Source of the DNA: Okeania sp.
GTDB lineage: Bacteria > Cyanobacteriota > Cyanobacteriia > Cyanobacteriales > Microcoleaceae
Assembly (NCBI RefSeq): GCF_035285525.1
Contig: NZ_JAYKGW010000105.1
Span: forward strand, 1-20,743
Reading direction: 5' to 3'
Length of the DNA stretch: 20,743 nucleotides
Part shown: positions 15,603 through 20,743 of the stretch, in pieces
Layout of the letters: every line of letters starts with the position of its first letter
Numbering within the stretch: the stretch's first letter is position 1
Translations under genes and position numbers: made by a program
The notes under the pieces: model-generated
Databases searched by the model: none
What the model saw: only the letters and a program-made list of their open reading frames with translations
What the model was told of the DNA's origin: nothing

Positions 15603-17504
15603 TTACTGTTGTTGCCAAATTTTAATAGTATTATCACTACTACCGCTAACTAAAATCTTTCCATTCTTAGAAAAATTAACAGAATTAACATACTTTAAAT
15701 GACCTTCTAAATTTCCGATTTGCTGACCTGTTTTCCGATCCCAAATTTTAATAATTCCATCCTCACTACCACTAACAATAATATCTCCTTGAGGACTAAA
15801 ATCTACAGCCAGAACATCCCTAGAATGCCCCTCCAAAGTTTGTAATATTTCACCACTTTCTATTTGCCAAATTTTAATATTGTTGTCGCGATCGCCACTA
15901 GCTAAAACCTTACCATCAGGACTAAAAATAACTGCATAAATATAATGTATTCCCTGATAATAATTACATAAATTTTTCACAGTATTTCCTAAACTTAAAT
16001 CCCAGATTTTTATCATATTATCTTCACTCCCACTCGCCAATATTTTGCCATCCGGACTGAACGCGATCGCTCGGACTGGTTGTGTATGTCCGGTCAAAGT
16101 CATCATCAACTTCTCGTAGTTAGGAGCATAAATATCATCCCCCAGTCGCCAAACCTTCACAGTTTTATCTTTACTCGCACTAGCTAAAGTTTTGCCGTTC
16201 GGATGGAAAGCGATCGCTGTAACTCCTCCAGAATGAACAAAATATTCTCCCCGTCCCCAGTCACCGAGAATGCAAAGCAGTTTTCCTGTTTGCACATCCC
16301 AAAATCTAATAGTTTTGTCATCACTCCCACTCGCCAATATTTTGCCATCCGGACTAAAAGCAACAGAGTTGACATAACCCAAATGTCCGCGAAGAGTCAA
16401 TATCTCTCTACCACTATTTACCTCCCACAACTTAATAGTTTCATCCTCACTACCACTTGCGACAATTTTGCTATCCGGACTGAAAGCAACAGAGCAAACC
16501 CATTTTTGATGACCGATGAGAGTATGTAAGCATTTCCAAGTTTGACTCGGTACAGGTGCAAACCTAACTTCTGGTGTTTGGATCGCAGTTTTATCTTGAA
16601 CCAGAGTTAAATTCAGATCAGGCTCCGTATTCAAATTTTCCATAACTGCATCAACAGACTGATAACGACGGTTGACTGCATTTTCTATCAGTTTATCCAA
16701 AACATAACCCAATTTTTCGCTCACAGAATTATTGCGTAAATAACGTCGCCACACCCAAGTTCCCTCACCGACATCAAATAATTCAAATGGGGAAACTTTA
16801 GTTAATAGATGCAAGCAGGTCACTCCCAAACTATATAAGTCGCTAGCAAATACTGCTTTGCCTCGGTTTTGTTCGGGTGCGGTATATTCAGGAGTGCCGA
16901 TAGTTGTACCTGTTTTGAAGAGTGCGGTTCCCAGGGCATATTTGGCAGCACCAAAATCTACTAATACTAACTGGTGATCGCTATTTTCACAGCGAATAAT
17001 ATTTTCTGGTTTGATATCGCGGTGAATAACGTTATGAGAATGAATAAACCGTAGCACTGGCAGTAAATTTTTCAGGAAACCTCTAATTTGGTCTTCATTG
17101 TAGGGTGCTTCAATTTTCAGTGCTTGAGCTAAATTTTTTCCAGGGATAAATTCTTGGATTAAATATTGTCGCCCATCTTGAGTGAAATGAGCCATAAGTT
17201 CGGGAATTTGGGAATGTTTGCCCAACTCGTCTAATCTGGTAGCTTCTTTTTCAAATAGTTCGGCAGCTTTATTAACATTATTAGTGCCTTGGGAAGCGGG
17301 AAAAAATTGTTTAATGACGCAGTTAGGTTTAGAAGGTTTATCTTCATCAATAGCTAAAAATGTTCTGCCAAAACCTCCTTGACCAATTAGGTTTAAGGGA
17401 CGATAGCGGTCTTTTAGTAATAGTTTTGTACCGCAATTTTGGCAATATTTATTGAAGTCTGGGTTTTGGGTAATTTGACAGTTGGGGTTGAGGCAATAAC
17501 TCAT
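15603..17504 (-). CDS. Ser/Thr protein kinase with N-terminal 4-Cys zinc ribbon and C-terminal 7-bladed WD40 domain
   Basis: The 633-aa ORF has the zinc ribbon CLNPNCQ...CQNCG. The Hanks kinase motifs are GQGGFGRTF, VIKQF, HRDIKPENI, DFG and TPEYTAPE. Seven WD repeats follow (for example GHxxxVxSVAFSPDGKILASGSxDxTIKxW). Confidence 0.95.
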   Translation of the reverse strand: MSYCLNPNCQITQNPDFNKYCQNCGTKLLLKDRYRPLNLIGQGGFGRTFLAIDEDKPSKPNCVIKQFFPASQGTNNVNKAAELFEKEATRLDELGKHSQIPELMAHFTQDGRQYLIQEFIPGKNLAQALKIEAPYNEDQIRGFLKNLLPVLRFIHSHNVIHRDIKPENIIRCENSDHQLVLVDFGAAKYALGTALFKTGTTIGTPEYTAPEQNRGKAVFASDLYSLGVTCLHLLTKVSPFELFDVGEGTWVWRRYLRNNSVSEKLGYVLDKLIENAVNRRYQSVDAVMENLNTEPDLNLTLVQDKTAIQTPEVRFAPVPSQTWKCLHTLIGHQKWVCSVAFSPDSKIVASGSEDETIKLWEVNSGREILTLRGHLGYVNSVAFSPDGKILASGSDDKTIRFWDVQTGKLLCILGDWGRGEYFVHSGGVTAIAFHPNGKTLASASKDKTVKVWRLGDDIYAPNYEKLMMTLTGHTQPVRAIAFSPDGKILASGSEDNMIKIWDLSLGNTVKNLCNYYQGIHYIYAVIFSPDGKVLASGDRDNNIKIWQIESGEILQTLEGHSRDVLAVDFSPQGDIIVSGSEDGIIKIWDRKTGQQIGNLEGHLKYVNSVNFSKNGKILVSGSSDNTIKIWQQQ

Positions 17505-17714
17505 GCCGATAGATTTTTAGCTAAAGATTATATTTACAGGATTTTTGCAAGTTTTTTTGTTACTATATTCTAGTTTTTGTGAGGATTGGCTGAAGTTAAG
17601 CTTAAATTAATTTTTCTGTTTTTTTGAGTATTTATATAGAATCCGGTTATGGGTAGTGGGAGAGTGGGAGAGATGGTGCATAATGGGGGTATTTTTATAC
17701 TTTTTTTCTCTATC

Positions 17715-17803
17715 AGGACTTACGCAAAGGTACTATCTATAGAGTTCAAAAACTATTGTGCCCTGGTTTGAAGCGCTATATGTAGCGTCACTGCGTAAGT
17801 CCT
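17715..17803. mobile_element. MITE-like element, GGACTTACGCA-TIR family (89 bp)
   Basis: The TIRs are aggacttacgca (17715-17726) and tgcgtaagtcct (17792-17803). There is no ORF. Confidence 0.85.
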
Positions 17804-17834
17804 ATCTATTCTATTTCTTGAAATTATGACTCCT

Positions 17835-17942
17835 GATATCATGTCCGGTAGTATCGGAGCGTGTATAGAATCAAGGTAAAAATGGCATAAAAGCTTCTAC
17901 CTACCTTCCTCTAAAATGTAACTGCTGAACCGGACATGATAT
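17835..17942. mobile_element. MITE-like element, second family (TIR atatcatgtccgg, 108 bp)
   Basis: atatcatgtccgg (17835-17847) and ccggacatgatat (17930-17942) are perfect 13-nt inverted repeats. The element is flanked by (a/t)(a/c)tcctg heptamers. A solo end, ccggacatgatat, occurs at 20434-20446. Confidence 0.8.
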
Positions 17943-18016
17943 GAATCCTGTATCCTGACTCCTGTTTTTCAATCCTGACTTTTTAGAGATACCAAATGGG
18001 TTCGTTCTATAAAACC

Positions 18017-19858
18017 CTATCTATTTTTACCTTTCAAAAGGGCAATTTCTCGTCTTAGTTTAGATATTTCATTGGAAATATATGTTAAATTTTGTACTGA
18101 TTCTCGCGTATTCTTATTATGATTATAAGTTATGATTCTAATGTTCCATAATTGCTTAATAACTTCGTTCATTCTTTGATTAAAAAAATGTTCTCTATAT
18201 TTTTTAGGTTGGAAAGGATATTTATCAACCGCCTCCACAGCATTCTTAAAATTTTCAGCTAAATTTTTGTCACTAACCTTGATCACATGACCATAAAGCT
18301 GAAAATATCTTTCCACCAGCAATGAAGCTTCAAGCAGCCATGATTCTAAAGCTACATCAAAAGGTATATGATTAGCTTTTACTCTCCTATTTGCTTCGTC
18401 TGGAAGATTACTTGCTTTAGCTGCTTTATTATATCTAAAATGGCTCCTCGCATATTCTATGGAAGGTGTGATTCTGCCTGCAAGATATAGTTCTTTGCTC
18501 TCTTTCTCCAGATACTGAATGAAGAGTGCATCAATCCTTTGCTGAAATAGGCCAGGACTTTCTAGGGGACCAGGAATATCATAAGCTGTTTCCTGGTAGT
18601 TGGTTAAATCTAAACCTCTCTGTATTTCAGAGTTGTCACTGCGAAGACGATTAAAAATACCAAGCATGGCGAAAAAACCTTCATCTTGATTTTGGGGTAA
18701 TCTTGGTTTCCGATTAAATGTAATTAGTTTGTCCAAAGCAAACAAAAATATGGCAAAACCCACGAACACCAGAATCGGAGCTATTAGAGAAGCCCCGACT
18801 TGGGTTCTTGCGTATGGCTGATTCTCAACTAACCTAATGATTCCTACAGCAGAACCCCCGACTACACCACAAACCAAGTGAACAATGACAGCGCCAACTG
18901 GGTCATCCATTATTTCCCATGAGAGTCTATTCTCAATAATAGATTTTGAATACAAGAAAACTACCAAACCACAAATACCGCCTATAAAAAACGGATACCA
19001 AATCATGGCTACATTTGGTGCAGCAGTGATTCCGACTAATCCACCAAGTAAACCATTGATAGCGATCGTGAGCCTGGGAATATTATTTAACCAACTCAGA
19101 AAAATTGTGACTATCATACTGACACTTGCTGCTAAGGTGGTATTAATAGCAACTAGAGCAATTTCATTTAAACCTTCTGCTGTTCCTACAGATAGTTGGG
19201 TACTGCCCATATTAAAACCATACCAACCGATGAGCAACAGAAATACACCTGTTGTCGCTAAAGGCAGATTATGAGGTGGTAATCGTCTTTCCCTTGCCGG
19301 TCGCGATCCAATAAGTAAAGTCGCCGCTAAAGCTGTAGCACCGCCAGTTGCGTGTACCACCACTGAACCAGCATAATCTATAAATACTGGTTCCAGAAGA
19401 CCCCAAAGTACCCAACCTGCTAGGGGATATATAATTCCCGAAATGAAGCTACTCATAATTAAGTAATCAGATAACTTCATTCTCCCAGCGATCGCTCCGG
19501 AACATATAGTGGCAGCGGTAGCAGCAAAAGCTCCCTGAAAAATAAAATCTACTAGGTGCTTGGCATTTTCAATATTTGTTGATTCTGCTTTGATCAGACT
19601 GAAAGGATGTAAATCCCAATTAAAACCTTTTAATATCCAGTAACCAAAAAAGAAAAATGTGAGAAAGCTAACACCAAAGTCAGCAAAATTTTTGAATATG
19701 ATTGAAACGGTATGCTTAGAAGGAAGTAACCCCGCTTCCAAAAGAGCAAAACCTAACTGCATTAAAATTACTAGGATTGCACAAAATATAGTAAAAATAA
19801 TATCTATGGGCACAGTATTTGCTGTAACAATATCTAGTGAAACAATATCTTTTTCCAT
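18017..19858 (-). CDS. Amt/MEP-family ammonium channel domain fused to a ~230-aa uncharacterised C-terminal domain
   Basis: I prefer the start at ATG 19858 (MEKDIV...); the ORF stays open up to ATG 19957. The Amt blocks are LMQLGFALLEAGLL, FAATAATICSGAIAGRMK, DYAGSVVVHATGGATALAATLLIGSR (first His), GWYGFNMGS and DDPVGAVIVHLVCGVVGG (second His). After the last hydrophobic helix (~residue 412 of the 646-aa track ORF), 18020-18721 encodes a hydrophilic, helix-prone region. That region ends in a coiled-coil-like ISNEISKLRREIALLKGKNR, and I recognise no motif in it. Confidence 0.85.
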   Translation of the reverse strand: MEKDIVSLDIVTANTVPIDIIFTIFCAILVILMQLGFALLEAGLLPSKHTVSIIFKNFADFGVSFLTFFFFGYWILKGFNWDLHPFSLIKAESTNIENAKHLVDFIFQGAFAATAATICSGAIAGRMKLSDYLIMSSFISGIIYPLAGWVLWGLLEPVFIDYAGSVVVHATGGATALAATLLIGSRPARERRLPPHNLPLATTGVFLLLIGWYGFNMGSTQLSVGTAEGLNEIALVAINTTLAASVSMIVTIFLSWLNNIPRLTIAINGLLGGLVGITAAPNVAMIWYPFFIGGICGLVVFLYSKSIIENRLSWEIMDDPVGAVIVHLVCGVVGGSAVGIIRLVENQPYARTQVGASLIAPILVFVGFAIFLFALDKLITFNRKPRLPQNQDEGFFAMLGIFNRLRSDNSEIQRGLDLTNYQETAYDIPGPLESPGLFQQRIDALFIQYLEKESKELYLAGRITPSIEYARSHFRYNKAAKASNLPDEANRRVKANHIPFDVALESWLLEASLLVERYFQLYGHVIKVSDKNLAENFKNAVEAVDKYPFQPKKYREHFFNQRMNEVIKQLWNIRIITYNHNKNTRESVQNLTYISNEISKLRREIALLKGKNR

Positions 19859-19998
19859 AAAATTTCTGTCTAATTTTAGATATGAGTAAAAAATTATAGG
19901 ACTCAAGCTATGAGGTAGGAAAAACATGGGTTTGAGATTGCTTCCCGACCGTCGCATCGGACGAAATACGTTGCAGTTGCGTAAGTCCTAACTAACTC

Positions 19999-20144
19999 AG
20001 GACTTACGCATGAACGCTATTACTCGGGTGTGTTTTGCGTTCCGCAAAGCTCCGCTTTATATGTCGGCTCAAGCGCCGAAACGCTACGCGAAAGCGAAGC
20101 GTAATGCACCAACACTCTATATATAGAGCCTTTGCGTAAGTCCT
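19999..20144. mobile_element. MITE-like element, GGACTTACGCA-TIR family (146 bp), preceded by a solo TIR
   Basis: The TIRs are aggacttacgca (19999-20010) and tgcgtaagtcct (20133-20144). An isolated tgcgtaagtcct lies at 19978-19989. The cluster starts ~120 nt upstream of the Amt-like start codon. Confidence 0.85.
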
Positions 20145-20451
20145 GTTAGTATTTATTATTAATTTTTTAGTAAGTTAATGCACCCCTATTATCTAAGCAT
20201 TCAGCCGTCAGCTATTCTTGCGGAATGCTGACGCTATTATATTGAATCTAAGTAAAATATTTAGTTTCAATTATTACTATAACTATATTGAACTGGCGGA
20301 TAAATCAAGAGAAAAAGTTGCTAAAATCTATGCTCAGGATATTATTAAGCTTTTCGGAGGAAGGAAGGCAGCTATGCTGAAGGCAGAAGGGAATATTGGT
20401 TTAAAGGAAAAAAGTTTTTTGATCACTGATGATCCGGACATGATATTATAT

Positions 20452-20552
20452 AGGACTTACGCAAAGAAACTCGGTTTCGACGATAAGTCGTTTTTTTTGA
20501 GCAATAGAAGTCTAGGAGAAACCGGGTTTCTGGGTTCATCTGCGTAAGTCCT
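20452..20552. mobile_element. MITE-like element, GGACTTACGCA-TIR family (101 bp)
   Basis: The TIRs are aggacttacgca (20452-20463) and tgcgtaagtcct (20541-20552). The interior carries gagaaaccgggtttct. Confidence 0.85.
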
Positions 20553-20618
20553 GATTATAATATCTTCACGACTAGAGGTTAATGGCCGTTAACCCCAAAA
20601 ATTAATTATAGCAAAACA

Positions 20619-20647
20619 TTGACATAATATTTCAGTTAGTGTAATAT
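20619..20647 (+). promoter_or_regulatory. Near-consensus sigma70-type promoter
   Basis: TTGACA (20619-20624) is followed by a 17-nt spacer and TAATAT (20642-20647). It lies ~40-50 nt upstream of a GGAGG (20677-20681) and an open frame at the window edge. Confidence 0.5.
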
Positions 20648-20687
20648 TCCATAACGTCTAGCATCTAAATCCACCGGAGGGGCAACT

Positions 20688-20743
20688 GTGACGGATGATA
20701 TGGAATTGCTCAATACTATGTCCACTTTTGGGCAAGAGCAAGT
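20688..20743 (+). CDS. Possible 5' end of a CDS running off the window (unknown product)
   Basis: GTG 20688 or the in-frame ATG 20700 lies downstream of GGAGG (20677-20681). The frame (V)TDDMELLNTMSTFGQEQ stays open to the end of the window. It is too short to classify. Confidence 0.3.
   Translation, partial: MTDDMELLNTMSTFGQEQ

Noticed and set aside
16184-16529. ORFs 16184-16375 (-) and 16203-16529 (+)
   Set aside because: They lie inside or antisense to the WD40 region of the kinase gene. They are generated by the internal repeats.
17527-17550. TTGCAA / TATAAT pair on the minus strand upstream of the kinase gene
   Set aside because: The spacer is only 12 nt, which is not a functional sigma70 geometry. 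I left it uncalled.
18885-19889. Plus-strand ORFs 18885-19274 and 19659-19889
   Set aside because: They are antisense to the Amt-like CDS, which has strong family motifs.
19859-19957. 33-aa N-terminal extension of the Amt-like ORF (start at ATG 19957)
   Set aside because: The extension (MRRSGSNLKPMFFLPHSLSPIIFYSYLKLDRNF) is not Amt-like and reaches to within ~20 nt of the upstream MITE cluster. I preferred ATG 19858, just before the first helix, but this is not certain.
19859-20220. NtcA binding site (GTA-N8-TAC) upstream of the Amt-like gene
   Set aside because: I checked every GTA in the region, and none is followed by TAC at the correct spacing.
20218-20547. 109-aa ORF on the + strand
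   Set aside because: Its start lies in a dispersed repeat (cttgcggaatgctgac). The last ~40 codons read through a solo MITE end and most of the 20452-20552 MITE. It is a chimeric repeat-derived ORF.

Overview
This is a 20.7-kb A+T-rich chromosomal segment that looks like a filamentous, Nostocales-type cyanobacterium. By eye I count 11 perfect HIP1 octamers (GCGATCGC), several heptanucleotide STRR-like arrays, and many small dispersed repeats and MITE-like inverted-repeat elements in almost every intergenic region. The coding content, left to right, is: a 64-aa small protein (-); a 925-aa radical-SAM protein fused to a DUF2344-like C-terminus (+); a 1.7-kb ORF-free gap; RNase E (rne) followed 17 nt later by RNase HII (rnhB) (+); a weak 126-aa orphan ORF (-); an M50 site-2 protease with a CBS pair (+); an orphan phnC-like ABC ATPase with a lost start codon and a frameshift (-); a DUF218/YdcF-like protein (-); a 114-aa membrane protein (-); a trypsin-like S1 protease fused to RTX repeats (+); a zinc-ribbon Ser/Thr kinase with 7 WD40 blades (-); an Amt-family ammonium channel fused to a ~230-aa uncharacterised C-terminal domain (-); and a partial CDS at the right edge. 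I saw no rRNA, tRNA, CRISPR array, transposase, integrase or recognisable multi-gene defence or biosynthetic cluster, so I cannot support a claim of a complete novel multi-gene system. The best leads are: (1) the Amt-channel fusion as a possible ammonium sensor; (2) a G+C-richer, hairpin-terminated island inside the long gap upstream of rne, which may be a structured ncRNA or a leader attenuator; (3) a family of promoter-like cassettes, some with a T-run, that includes a 140-bp tandem array cut by the left window edge; and (4) repeat-driven remodelling of genes. That remodelling includes an in-frame pyrimidine-tract insert in the radical-SAM gene, the rnhB stop codon supplied by a heptamer array, tandem acidic repeats in the RNase E tail, and MITEs directly upstream of the Amt-like gene.
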